Below the pieces are notes generated by a model. That model had not been told where the DNA came from. It ran no database searches and was given only the letters and a program-made list of their open reading frames with translations. Positions 9,892 to 19,044 of a stretch of 64,000 bases of DNA are shown here, piece by piece; within the stretch, counting starts at the first letter, position 1, and every line of letters starts with the position of its first letter. This DNA comes from an uncultured delta proteobacterium (lineage in GTDB: Bacteria > Myxococcota > Kuafuiibacteriia > Kuafuiibacteriales > Kuafuiibacteriaceae). The position numbers and the translations under genes were made by a program. The DNA is taken from positions 131,317-195,316 of the forward strand of contig CAWDML010000012.1 in NCBI GenBank assembly GCA_963803435.1. Direction: 5' to 3'.

Positions 9892-11124
9892 CTTTCTAGT
9901 CACCTCACCCTTCCCAATGGCCGAACCGTGAAGAACCGGCTGGCCAAGGCCGCCATGAGCGAGAGCCTGGGCGAGCCCGACGGCCGCCCCTCCGAGGGCC
10001 TGATCCGCCTCTACGACCGCTGGGCCCGGGGCGGGACCGGCCTCCTCATCACCGGCAACGTCATGATCCAATCGGGCGCCCAGACCGATCCGCTCAACGT
10101 CATCATCGAGGACGAGCAGCACCTCCCCGTGCTGTCGCGCTGGGCCCGCGCCGCGCAGGCCGACGGCACGCGGGTGCTCGCGCAGATCAATCACCCCGGC
10201 CGCCAGGCCATAACGGTCAGGTCGGGTGGACGTCCGGTCGCACCCTCGGAGGTCGAGATGCAGGGCCTCTCGATGCTCTTCCGGAAGCCGCGCGCAATGG
10301 AGGACGGCGAGGTGGAGACCATGATCGACCGCTTCGTTCGGACCGCCACCGTCTTCGAGAAGGCGGGCTTCGACGGCGTCGAGATCCATGGCGCGCACGG
10401 CTACCTGATCAGCCAGTTCCTCTCCCCTCTCTCCAATGTACGTGACGATCGCTGGGGCGGCGACCCGCAGCGCCGGATGCGCCTGTTGCTGGAGGTCGTG
10501 CGGCGCGTGCGCGAGGCGGTCGCGCCCAGCTTCATCCTCGCGGTCAAGCTGAACTCCGCCGACTTCATGCGCGGCGGCTTCGACGAGGACGAGTCGATGA
10601 ACGTGGTGCGCGCGCTCGACTCGGAGGGGATCGATCTGCTCGAGATCTCCGGGGGCAACTACGAGGCGCCGGCGATGATGGGCACGGCGAAGGCCAGCAC
10701 GGTGCAGCGCGAAGCCTACTTCCTGGAGTATGCGGAGCGGGTCCGCAGCCTGACCTCGGTGCCGCTGATGGTGACCGGCGGGTTCCGCTCGCGCGAGGTG
10801 ATGGAGCGGGCGATCGATTGCGGAGCGGTCGATCTGATAGGAGTCGCGCGCCCGCTCGCCCTCGAGCCGGACCTCTCCAGGCGGCTGATGAACGGCGAGG
10901 CCGATCGTGCGAAGACAGTGAACGTGAGCGTCGGCATCCGCCTCTTCGACAGCGTCCTCCAGGGCTCCTGGTACCAGGAGCAGCTGTACCGGATCGCGCG
11001 CGGTCTCGATCCCGATCCCGATCTGGGCAAGTGGCGCATGGTCTGGGCAGGCTTCCGGGCCCGCGCGTTCCCGCCGACGGCGCCGCCCGCGAAGATCAGC
11101 GAGCCTCTGGGAGCCCCCTCGTGA
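9877..11124 (+). CDS. NADH:flavin oxidoreductase / Old Yellow Enzyme family
   Basis: NRLAKAAMSE, QINHPGRQ, GFDGVEIHGAHGYLISQFLSP, KLNSADF. Confidence 0.95.
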   Translation: MKNGLLSSHLTLPNGRTVKNRLAKAAMSESLGEPDGRPSEGLIRLYDRWARGGTGLLITGNVMIQSGAQTDPLNVIIEDEQHLPVLSRWARAAQADGTRVLAQINHPGRQAITVRSGGRPVAPSEVEMQGLSMLFRKPRAMEDGEVETMIDRFVRTATVFEKAGFDGVEIHGAHGYLISQFLSPLSNVRDDRWGGDPQRRMRLLLEVVRRVREAVAPSFILAVKLNSADFMRGGFDEDESMNVVRALDSEGIDLLEISGGNYEAPAMMGTAKASTVQREAYFLEYAERVRSLTSVPLMVTGGFRSREVMERAIDCGAVDLIGVARPLALEPDLSRRLMNGEADRAKTVNVSVGIRLFDSVLQGSWYQEQLYRIARGLDPDPDLGKWRMVWAGFRARAFPPTAPPAKISEPLGAPS

Positions 11125-11687
11125 CCAAGTCCAACAGCCGCGAGCGCCTCGTGACCACCACCGCGGCCCTCCTGCAGAAGCAAGGCTACTTCGGGACCGG
11201 CCTCAACGAGATCGTGAAGGCGAGCGGAGCGCCCAAAGGCTCGCTCTATTTTCACTTCCCAGGGGGGAAGGAGGAGCTGGCGGCCGAGGCCCTCGCGCTC
11301 AACGGCGCTGGCATGCGGGCGCAGCTCCAGGCGGCGCTGGAGGGCGTCGACGATCTCGAGCAGGCACTCGGGGTCGCCATCGATGCGCTGGCGTCGCAGC
11401 TCGAAGAGAGCGATTACACCGCTGGCTGTCCCATCGCGACCGTGGCGCTGGAGGCGGCCGCCACCTCGGATCGGATCCACGAGGTGTCGAAGGAGGCGTA
11501 CGAGTCGTGGGAGGCGATTGTCGAGGCCCGGCTGGTGACCGCGGGCGTCCCGGAGGCGGAGGCGAAAGAGCTCGGCCTGGCGATCCTGGCGGCCGTCGAG
11601 GGTGCGCTCCTGTTGTCGCGCGCCTACCGCGACACGCGGCCGCTGCGCACGGTCCAACGCGTGCTGGTGCGGATGATCGGGCGATGA
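11121..11687 (+). CDS. TetR family regulator (LmrA/YxaF-like)
   Basis: QGYFGTGLNEIVKASGAPKGSLYFHFPGGKEEL, GCPIATVALE; GTGA overlap with the upstream stop. Confidence 0.92.
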   Translation: MTKSNSRERLVTTTAALLQKQGYFGTGLNEIVKASGAPKGSLYFHFPGGKEELAAEALALNGAGMRAQLQAALEGVDDLEQALGVAIDALASQLEESDYTAGCPIATVALEAAATSDRIHEVSKEAYESWEAIVEARLVTAGVPEAEAKELGLAILAAVEGALLLSRAYRDTRPLRTVQRVLVRMIGR

Positions 11688-12355
11688 TCCTCGACGCCGC
11701 CTTCTTCGATCGCGACGCCCTGCTGGTCGCGCGCGAGCTGGTCGGCAAGGTGCTGCGCCGCCGCCACCGGGGCCGTTGGCTCTCGGCCGCCGTCGTCGAG
11801 GCGGAGGCTTACTACCTCGAGGAGAAGGGGAGCCACGCCTCGCTCGGCCGAACGCCCAGCCGCGAGGCGCTCTTCATGCCCGCCGGCACGATCTACATGT
11901 ACTACTCGCGGGGGGGCGACTCGCTGAACGTGAGCTGCCGTGGCGAAGGCAACGCCGTGCTGGTCAAGAGCGGTGTGGTCCACCTCGACGCGCGCTCACC
12001 CGAAGCCAGCCTGCGCGCGATGCAGCGCCTCAACCCGTGCAAGGAGCGCCTCCGCGATCCCGAGCGCCTCTGCTCCGGACAGACGCTCCTGTGCCGGTCG
12101 CTGGCGTTGACGGTCGACGACTGGAACCGGAGGCCGTTCGACCCCGAGTCGTTCTTCCTCGAGGATGTCGGGCGGCGACCCCAGTTGATCCAGGCCCGCC
12201 GCCTGGGCATCCCGACGGGACGCGACGAGCACCTCCCGTACCGGTTCGTCGACCTCGAGCGCGCCCGCCATGCCACCGAGAATCCGCTCCGGAAGCGTGG
12301 CTGGCGCGAGGGCGTGGACTACTGGCTCGCGCAGGCCGACTTGCCTCGCCGGTGA
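11684..12355 (+). CDS. mpg: DNA-3-methyladenine glycosylase (MPG/AAG family)
   Basis: FFDRDALLVARELVGK, VEAEAY, PAGTIYMY, LCSGQTLLC; ATGA overlap. Confidence 0.88.
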   Translation: MILDAAFFDRDALLVARELVGKVLRRRHRGRWLSAAVVEAEAYYLEEKGSHASLGRTPSREALFMPAGTIYMYYSRGGDSLNVSCRGEGNAVLVKSGVVHLDARSPEASLRAMQRLNPCKERLRDPERLCSGQTLLCRSLALTVDDWNRRPFDPESFFLEDVGRRPQLIQARRLGIPTGRDEHLPYRFVDLERARHATENPLRKRGWREGVDYWLAQADLPRR

Positions 12356-12376
12356 TGCAGCGGGTCTCCTCCGCGG

Positions 12377-12973
12377 ATGGCGATCTACCGTTGCCCGTGG
12401 TGCGGCACCGATCCCACGTACGTCGCGTATCACGACGAAGAGTGGGGCGTCCCGCTGCACGACGAGCACCGGTTGTTCGAGATGCTGGTGCTCGAGGGAG
12501 CCCAGGCCGGGCTCAGCTGGTCGACGATCCTCCACAAGCGGCCCGCCTATCGAAGGGCCTTCGCGAGCTTCGATCCCGCCAAGGTCGCTCGCTTCGACGC
12601 GAGAAAGCGCGAGCGACTCCTCCAGGATCCCGGGATTGTCCGCAACCGCGCGAAGGTCGCCGCTGCCGTCACGAACGCCCGCGCGTTCCTCGAGGTCGAG
12701 GAGGAGGTCGGCAGCTTCGACCGTTACCTCTGGGGCTTCGTCGACGGAGTCCCGATCCAGAATCGCCGCCGCAGCATGAAGAACGTGCCCGCGACCACCC
12801 CGCTCTCGGACGTGCTCAGCAAGGAGCTCGCGCGCCGAGGGTTCAAGTTCGTCGGCTCCACCATCTGCTACTCGCTGATGCAGGCGGTCGGCATGGTGAA
12901 CGATCACCTGATTCGCTGTTTTCGACACCGGGAGGTGGATCCATCTGTCCGTCTCGCACGTACGGGTGAATAG
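12377..12973 (+). CDS. tag: DNA-3-methyladenine glycosylase I
   Basis: RCPW, YHDEEWG, LEGAQAGLSW, GFKFVGSTICY, NDHL..C. Confidence 0.95.
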   Translation: MAIYRCPWCGTDPTYVAYHDEEWGVPLHDEHRLFEMLVLEGAQAGLSWSTILHKRPAYRRAFASFDPAKVARFDARKRERLLQDPGIVRNRAKVAAAVTNARAFLEVEEEVGSFDRYLWGFVDGVPIQNRRRSMKNVPATTPLSDVLSKELARRGFKFVGSTICYSLMQAVGMVNDHLIRCFRHREVDPSVRLARTGE

Positions 12974-13024
12974 AGGACGCTTTGCCTCCGCTCTCGGATT
13001 CCGACAGACTGGCCCGGTAGCTCG

Positions 13025-14899
13025 ATGGACACCTCGCCTTCCATCGACCCGCTCCTCGGGCGGGTGATCGCAGGCAAATTGGAGCTGCTGGAGGTCCTCG
13101 GCAGCGGCGCCATGGGCAAGGTCTACCGCGCCCAGCACCTCGGGCTCGCCAAGCCGGTCGCGATCAAGGTCCTGGCCCAGAACGCGCAGGCGCCCGAGCA
13201 GCACGCGCTCCGGTTCAAGGCCGAGGCCCGCGCTGCCTCCCGGCTCGATCACCCGAACGTCGTCCAGATCCTCGACTTCGGCGAGGACGACGACGGCCTC
13301 CTGTATCTGGCGATGGAGTTCCTCGACGGCCAGGATCTGCAGGCTCTGTTGCGCGATCACGGGCGCCTCCAGACGGTGCGCGTCGCCTGGATCATGTCGC
13401 AGGTCCTCTCCGCCCTGGCGGCCGCCCACAAGAAGGGCGTCATCCATCGCGACATGAAGCCCGGCAACATCATGCTGACCACCAAGGCCGGCGAGGACGG
13501 GATGATCGCCGACTTTGTGAAGGTCTGCGACTTCGGGCTCGCCAAGATCCTCGATGTGGGCGACGGCGAGGTGACGAGCGGACCGGTCACGCGACAGGGG
13601 GCGATCTTCGGAACGCCTGCGTACATGTCACCCGAGCAGGCGCGCGGCGATCCGCTGGATCACCGGAGCGACATCTACTCGTGCGGTGTCATCGTCTACA
13701 AGATGGTGACCGGACGGACGCCGTTTCGCGCCGAGACGCCGACGGGTGTCTTGATGAAGCACATCTCCGAGATGCCGGCGCCGATGCACGAGTGGGTCCA
13801 GGACGCCGACCCGAGGCTCGAGGCGATCGTCGCCGGCTGCATGGAGAAGGATCGCGACGCGCGCTATCAGGATGCGCGCGTCGTCCGCGACGAGCTCCGC
13901 AAGATCCTCGAGGACGCCGGCATGGGCAGGTCCGCCATCACGGGCCTCGCCTCCTCGCCGTACCGGTCCCGAGGATCGGAGCGATCCGTCCCGCTCTCGG
14001 GCCCGCCCGGGCGGAGCAGCTCGGCCGTCGCGACGGAGCTTCCGCCGACCATGACGCCCTCGATGGCCGCCACCGAGGCGCTGGAGTCGGCGCCGCTCCA
14101 GACGCTGCCGCCGGCCAACGACAGCAGCGCGACCGCGCAGCTCACCGCGCCGCCCCCGAAGACGGCATTGATCGCCGCGATCCCGGGCGCGATCGCGCTG
14201 TTGATGGTGGGCGGGCTGATCGCGTTCCTCTTGATCACGCGGGCGGAGCGGGCGCAGCCGGCGATCGATCCCCCGCCGCCCTCCGCCGTCGCCGTCGCGC
14301 CGCCGCCGCCCGCCCAGATCGAGCCGCCGCCACCGGAGACGATCGAGCCCCCGCCCGCGCAGAAGATCGAGCCCCCGCCGCCCCATCGCCCGAGGAGGAC
14401 GGGTCCCCACCACCGCACGCCGGTGCCGCCGCCGCGGCCGCGCGCCCGGATCGAGCCGCCGCCGCCGGTGAAGATCTCGCCACCCCCACCGCCGCCCGCA
14501 GCGAGGGTCGAGCCGCCGCCGCCGCCGAAGGTCGAGCCCCCGCCGCCGTCGGGTCCGCCGAAGCTCCAGGCGGGATGGCGACTCTCGATCGACCTCGTCG
14601 ATCTGGAGGTCAAGGGTGGGATCTCGAAGATGCGATCGAAGGACGGCCTCGACCGCCACCTGCCGGCCGCCGAGGCGTGCGTTCGAAAGGCCGTCGCGGC
14701 GAAGGGCCTGCACGGGAGCGGACGCATCGAGGTCCGCGCCACGATCACGGTGCGGGGTCATCTCAAAGCGATCTCGACGCGCGGGCTCGCCGGCGCCGAG
14801 CTCTGCCTGGAGGAGGCGTTCGCGCCCGCGCGGCTGCCCGCCCCCGACACCGGCGCCGGCTCGATCGCGTTCGCCCTCGCCTACGAAACCGAGCGGTGA
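13025..14899 (+). CDS. Membrane Ser/Thr protein kinase with Pro-rich linker and AgmX/PglI(TonB_C)-like C-terminal domain
   Basis: [34 protein letters not shown]; one TM segment; PPPP repeats. Confidence 0.93.
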   Translation: MDTSPSIDPLLGRVIAGKLELLEVLGSGAMGKVYRAQHLGLAKPVAIKVLAQNAQAPEQHALRFKAEARAASRLDHPNVVQILDFGEDDDGLLYLAMEFLDGQDLQALLRDHGRLQTVRVAWIMSQVLSALAAAHKKGVIHRDMKPGNIMLTTKAGEDGMIADFVKVCDFGLAKILDVGDGEVTSGPVTRQGAIFGTPAYMSPEQARGDPLDHRSDIYSCGVIVYKMVTGRTPFRAETPTGVLMKHISEMPAPMHEWVQDADPRLEAIVAGCMEKDRDARYQDARVVRDELRKILEDAGMGRSAITGLASSPYRSRGSERSVPLSGPPGRSSSAVATELPPTMTPSMAATEALESAPLQTLPPANDSSATAQLTAPPPKTALIAAIPGAIALLMVGGLIAFLLITRAERAQPAIDPPPPSAVAVAPPPPAQIEPPPPETIEPPPAQKIEPPPPHRPRRTGPHHRTPVPPPRPRARIEPPPPVKISPPPPPPAARVEPPPPPKVEPPPPSGPPKLQAGWRLSIDLVDLEVKGGISKMRSKDGLDRHLPAAEACVRKAVAAKGLHGSGRIEVRATITVRGHLKAISTRGLAGAELCLEEAFAPARLPAPDTGAGSIAFALAYETER

Positions 14900-14928
14900 G
14901 GTGGTATAGACCTCGCGGAGACTGACGG

Positions 14929-15408
14929 ATGCTCGCCTCCAACCCTCGCTGCGCGGCCGGACTGCTGGCGCTCCTTCCGAGCCTGGGCTGTCTCGACGCC
15001 ATCGACGCGCTCGATCCGAACGTCGGCGAGCCCCTCGCGGATCGATGCGTCAACCAGGATGCCCATCCGGACCGCGACGTGTCCTTCTCGCGGGAGGTCC
15101 TCCCCATCTTGAAGGGCCAGGCCGGCCCCGTCGGCTGCACCTGCCACCAACCGTCGGATCCCAACCCGATCGGCCTCGAGCAGACGGCGCTCGACCTCTC
15201 CACCTACGACTCCCTGCGCGCCGGCGGGATCGACACCGGCACCAGCATCATCGTCCCGGCCGCGCCGTGCGACTCGCTCCTCTACCAGAAGATCAGCCCC
15301 GGCCCGCCGTTCGGGGCGCGCATGCCGTTCAGCGGCCCTCCGTTCCTGGGCGACGAGGAGCGGCGCTTGATCGCCGACTGGATCGCGGAGGGCGCCCGTG
15401 ACAACTAG
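14929..15408 (+). CDS. Lipoprotein c-type cytochrome (planctomycete cytochrome C-like) with a CxCH motif
   Basis: Lipobox SLGC; VSFSREVLPIL..GCTCH..LDLSTYDSL..SLLYQKI..RMP..LIADWIAEGA. Confidence 0.75.
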   Translation: MLASNPRCAAGLLALLPSLGCLDAIDALDPNVGEPLADRCVNQDAHPDRDVSFSREVLPILKGQAGPVGCTCHQPSDPNPIGLEQTALDLSTYDSLRAGGIDTGTSIIVPAAPCDSLLYQKISPGPPFGARMPFSGPPFLGDEERRLIADWIAEGARDN

Positions 15409-15826
15409 GCTTGCACTCGCCTGCGCGCTCGGCGCCGCCCTGTTCGCCTGCATCGGCGGAGGATCCGGACGCCGCGGCGGGCTCCCTGAAGCCACCATCC
15501 AGTCCTTCCCGCCCGACGTGGCCGAGGCCTATCAGCTCTTCGCCGTCCGCTGCTCGCGCTGCCACACGCTGGCCCGCCCGCTCGACGCGTCGATCACCGA
15601 CTACCACCACTGGGAGGAATACGTCGCCCGCATGCGCCATCATGCCGGCAGCGGAATCTCGCCCAGGGACGCCGAGCGGATCCTGGTCTTCCTCAAGTAC
15701 TACACCGACCTCAAGGTGAAGCAGCTCGAGGGCGACGCGCCCGAAACGCCGCCGCCGCCCGCGCCCCCGCCGGACGAGAAATCGCGCCTCCCCGACGCTG
15801 CCGCGCCGGTCGAGGTGGCCCGGTGA
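15398..15826 (+). CDS. Monoheme c-type cytochrome lipoprotein
   Basis: Lipobox LFAC; FAVRCSRCH, WEEYVARM (candidate distal Met). Confidence 0.8.
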   Translation: MTTRLALACALGAALFACIGGGSGRRGGLPEATIQSFPPDVAEAYQLFAVRCSRCHTLARPLDASITDYHHWEEYVARMRHHAGSGISPRDAERILVFLKYYTDLKVKQLEGDAPETPPPPAPPPDEKSRLPDAAAPVEVAR

Positions 15827-16953
15827 GAGCGATCGGCTTGGCGCTCGCGTCCCTCCTGTTCGCATCCAACGCCGGCGCGGAGGAGCTCGAGCGGAACTTC
15901 GCCGGCTCGGCCCAGCTCGACTACCTGGCCGTGCCAAGCACGCTCAAGGCGCGCGGCTTCTCCTTCGACGGCTTCACCACCGAGCTCGCGGTCAAGCTGG
16001 CGGTGGACTTCACCGAGCATTTCTCGGCCAACATCAAGATCTGCTACGGCTGCCACGGGTTCGAGACCGACATGGCCTTCGTCGATCTGCGGATCGTGGA
16101 TCAGCTCAACTTCCGCGTCGGCCGCATGAACCCGGCCTTCGGAGACTTCCTGCTCCGCCACGATCCCGCGAATCACCGCGCCAACTCCAAACCGCTCCCC
16201 TACGACATGGGGCGCATGCTGCACCGCCAGGAGTGGAACATGAGCATCCTGCCCGCGCCGTACGTGGACAACGGGCTCGAGCTCAACGGCACCCAATGGT
16301 TCGGGGACGACGTCCAGGTCGACTATGCCGCCTATGTCGTCAGCGGGCTCAAGGGCGGCAACGACGCCCTCGACTTCGACTACACCCAGTCCCGCTCAGG
16401 CTCGCTCTACTACGTCGACAACAACTCCGAGCCCGCCTTCGGCGGCCGGATTGCCGTCACCGCCAACTTCTCCGAGTACGTGAGCGGAACGCTGGGCGCG
16501 TCGATCATGTACGGACACTACGACCCGTCCGGAGACCTCGAGTATCACATCGCCGGCGCCGACCTCTACCTCCGCTTCGACGAGCTGGCCATCCGCGGCG
16601 AGTATCTGATCCGGCGCACCGAGTTCGCCGTCGGCAGTGATCCGGAGCAGCGCTTCCGCTACGAGTTCGACCCGCGCGACAACTTCTTCGTCAAGGACGG
16701 CTTCTACGCCGAGGCCGAGTACCCGTTCACCGAATGGCTCGAGGTGTTCTATCGCCTCGACGGCATGCGCCGCGTCGGCAACGTCCCCAATACCTCGGCG
16801 CTTCGGAGCCGGAGCGCGATCCTGCGCAACACCCTCGGCGTGAACCTGGTGGTCGAGCGCGGCTTGCGCATCAAGCTCTCGGCCGAGTACTGGGACTTCA
16901 CGGACTTCGAGGACGACATTGCCCTCCACGCGGGCGTCACGGCCAACTTCTGA
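15823..16953 (+). CDS. Outer-membrane beta-barrel (porin-like) protein carrying CxxCH
   Basis: Signal peptide ending ASNAGA; alternating amphipathic strands; terminal GVTANF (BAM signal); KICYGCHG. Confidence 0.75.
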   Translation: MRAIGLALASLLFASNAGAEELERNFAGSAQLDYLAVPSTLKARGFSFDGFTTELAVKLAVDFTEHFSANIKICYGCHGFETDMAFVDLRIVDQLNFRVGRMNPAFGDFLLRHDPANHRANSKPLPYDMGRMLHRQEWNMSILPAPYVDNGLELNGTQWFGDDVQVDYAAYVVSGLKGGNDALDFDYTQSRSGSLYYVDNNSEPAFGGRIAVTANFSEYVSGTLGASIMYGHYDPSGDLEYHIAGADLYLRFDELAIRGEYLIRRTEFAVGSDPEQRFRYEFDPRDNFFVKDGFYAEAEYPFTEWLEVFYRLDGMRRVGNVPNTSALRSRSAILRNTLGVNLVVERGLRIKLSAEYWDFTDFEDDIALHAGVTANF

Positions 16954-17984
16954 TGCTGGCCGAGGTCGCCAAGCGACGACTCAACGTCCTCACCGATCGG
17001 CTGTTCACGGTCCCGGTGCTGGTGCTGATGCCGCACAGCCGCTGCAACGCACGCTGTCTGATGTGCGACATCTGGAAGGCCAACGAGCGGAAGGTGGAGC
17101 TGACGGCCGCCGACCTCGCGCCCCACCTGGAAGAGATGCGCGCGCTCGGCGTTCAGCGCCTGGTCTTCTCCGGCGGTGAGGCGCTGATGCACACCGACCT
17201 GTTCGTGCTCACCGAGATGCTGGCGGCGCTCGGAGTCCGGATGACGCTCCTGTCGACCGGCCTCACGCTCGAGCGCCACGCCGAGGCCGTCGCGCACTGG
17301 TTCGACGAGGTCACCCTCTCCCTCGACGGCCCCCCCGAGGTCCACGATCGGATCCGAAACGTTCCCCGCGCCTACGAGCGCCTCGCCGCCGGCGCCCGCG
17401 CCGCCAAAGCCGCAGGTGTCCAAAGGATCACCGGGCGGTCCGTGGTGCAGCGCGACAACTTCCGCTTCCTCGAGGAGACGATCGCGGCCGCCCGCGCCGC
17501 CGGCCTCGACCAGATCTCCTTCCTCCCGGTCGACGTCTCCAGCGAAGCCTTCAACCGCCCGGGGGGCTGGACACACGATCGCGCACAGACCACCATGCTG
17601 GAGCGCCACGAGGCCTTCGAGCTCCGCGATCGCATCGAGGACCTCATCGCGCGCCACGGCAGCGACCTGGCCCAAGGGTACATAGCAGAACCCGCGGATA
17701 AGCTTCGGGCCCTCGCCCAATACTTCCTCGCGCTCCACGGCGTGACGATCCACGCCGAGACGGTCTGTAACGCGCCCTGGATGTCCGCCGTGATCGAGGC
17801 CGACGGCACCGTCCGCCCCTGCTTTTTCCATCGATCGCTCGGGAACATCCGGACCGCGGCCCTTCCAGACATACTGAACGCACCCGAGGCGGTCCGGTTC
17901 CGGAGTAACCTCGACGTTCGTCGCGATCCGATCTGCCGTCGTTGCGTCTGCACCCTCTCCATCGGCCCGCGGACCGAAGTGTGA
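16953..17984 (+). CDS. Radical SAM protein with SPASM/twitch domain
   Basis: CNARCLMC, FSGGE, SLDG; C-terminal CNAPW..PC..CRRCVC; TGATG overlap with the barrel gene. Confidence 0.92.
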   Translation: MLAEVAKRRLNVLTDRLFTVPVLVLMPHSRCNARCLMCDIWKANERKVELTAADLAPHLEEMRALGVQRLVFSGGEALMHTDLFVLTEMLAALGVRMTLLSTGLTLERHAEAVAHWFDEVTLSLDGPPEVHDRIRNVPRAYERLAAGARAAKAAGVQRITGRSVVQRDNFRFLEETIAAARAAGLDQISFLPVDVSSEAFNRPGGWTHDRAQTTMLERHEAFELRDRIEDLIARHGSDLAQGYIAEPADKLRALAQYFLALHGVTIHAETVCNAPWMSAVIEADGTVRPCFFHRSLGNIRTAALPDILNAPEAVRFRSNLDVRRDPICRRCVCTLSIGPRTEV

Positions 17985-17997
17985 TAGACATTCGGGG

Positions 17998-19044
17998 TTG
18001 GCTTCGGCGCGATCCCGGACGACGTTCGCGATCAAGGCCGCGGTCGCCGTCGCGATCTCCGCGCTCACCTTGTGGTGGGCGTTCCACGACGTCGACCTCG
18101 AGCACGTGCGCAACAACCTCGGCCACACCACCGCCGGCGTACTGCTCCTCTACGTGGTGGCGCAGTGCGTGATGCACTTGTCCCGGGTGATCCGGTTCGG
18201 GTTGCTGGTCAAGCCGCTCGGCGATGCCAGCAACCGATCGATCTTCGCCGCCGTCAGCATCGGAATCCCCGCCTCATTCTTCTTTCCCCTCCGCCTCGGT
18301 GAGCTGGTCCGACCCGCGATGCTGGCGCGGAGCGGGATCCCGTTCGCCGGATCGATGGCGGCGGTCGCGGTCGAGCGGATCGCCGATGGCCTGTTCAACG
18401 TGGGCATCTTCTTCCTGCTCCTCGGGACGCTCCCCTCGGAGACGATCAAGCCCGAGATCCGCCACCTCTCGCAGATCGCGCTGGTCGGGTTCGGTGGCGG
18501 AATGATCTTTCTGGTCGCCGCCTACTTCGCTCGCGGTCCGGTGCTCGCTGGGCTGAGGATGGTCGTCTCTCCGCTCAGCCGCGGCCTCGCCGACAAGCTG
18601 GTCGGCCTCACCAGCACCTTCATCGACGGACTCTCCGCGCTCGGCACCACGACCCGCTTCCTCAGCTTCGTCGCCTTGACCGCCTTCTTCTGGATCCTCA
18701 ACGGCGCCGCCACCTGGATGCTCGCCAACAGCTACATCGGCGACCTCCCCCTCTCCTCCGGGGTGTTCGCGATCTGCTGCACCGTGTTCGCCGTGATGAT
18801 CCCAGCCGGTCCCGCGTTCGCCGGGACGATGGAGGCGGGCTTCCGGCTCGGCCTCACCCCGTACGGGGTCGACGCCTCCGAGGCGGCGGTCGTCGCCATC
18901 GCGGCCCACGCCCTTCACCTGGTGTTGATGGCGTCGTTCGCCGGTATCGGCATGCTGGCCGCCGAAGCCGCCCCTGCCACCAAGGACGCACCTCACTCCC
19001 CGACGTCGGCGCCGTTGCCCTCGAAGGACACGCCCACGACCTGA
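17998..19044 (+). CDS. Lysylphosphatidylglycerol-synthase TM / flippase-like membrane protein
   Basis: Multiple TM segments; FPLRLGELVRP, VERIAD, PAGPAFAG. Confidence 0.85.
   Translation: MASARSRTTFAIKAAVAVAISALTLWWAFHDVDLEHVRNNLGHTTAGVLLLYVVAQCVMHLSRVIRFGLLVKPLGDASNRSIFAAVSIGIPASFFFPLRLGELVRPAMLARSGIPFAGSMAAVAVERIADGLFNVGIFFLLLGTLPSETIKPEIRHLSQIALVGFGGGMIFLVAAYFARGPVLAGLRMVVSPLSRGLADKLVGLTSTFIDGLSALGTTTRFLSFVALTAFFWILNGAATWMLANSYIGDLPLSSGVFAICCTVFAVMIPAGPAFAGTMEAGFRLGLTPYGVDASEAAVVAIAAHALHLVLMASFAGIGMLAAEAAPATKDAPHSPTSAPLPSKDTPTT

Noticed and set aside
14260-14560. Repeated ATCGAGCCGCCGCCG units resembling a repeat array
   Set aside because: They encode the (I/V)EPPPP linker of the kinase; no constant repeat-spacer structure, so not CRISPR.
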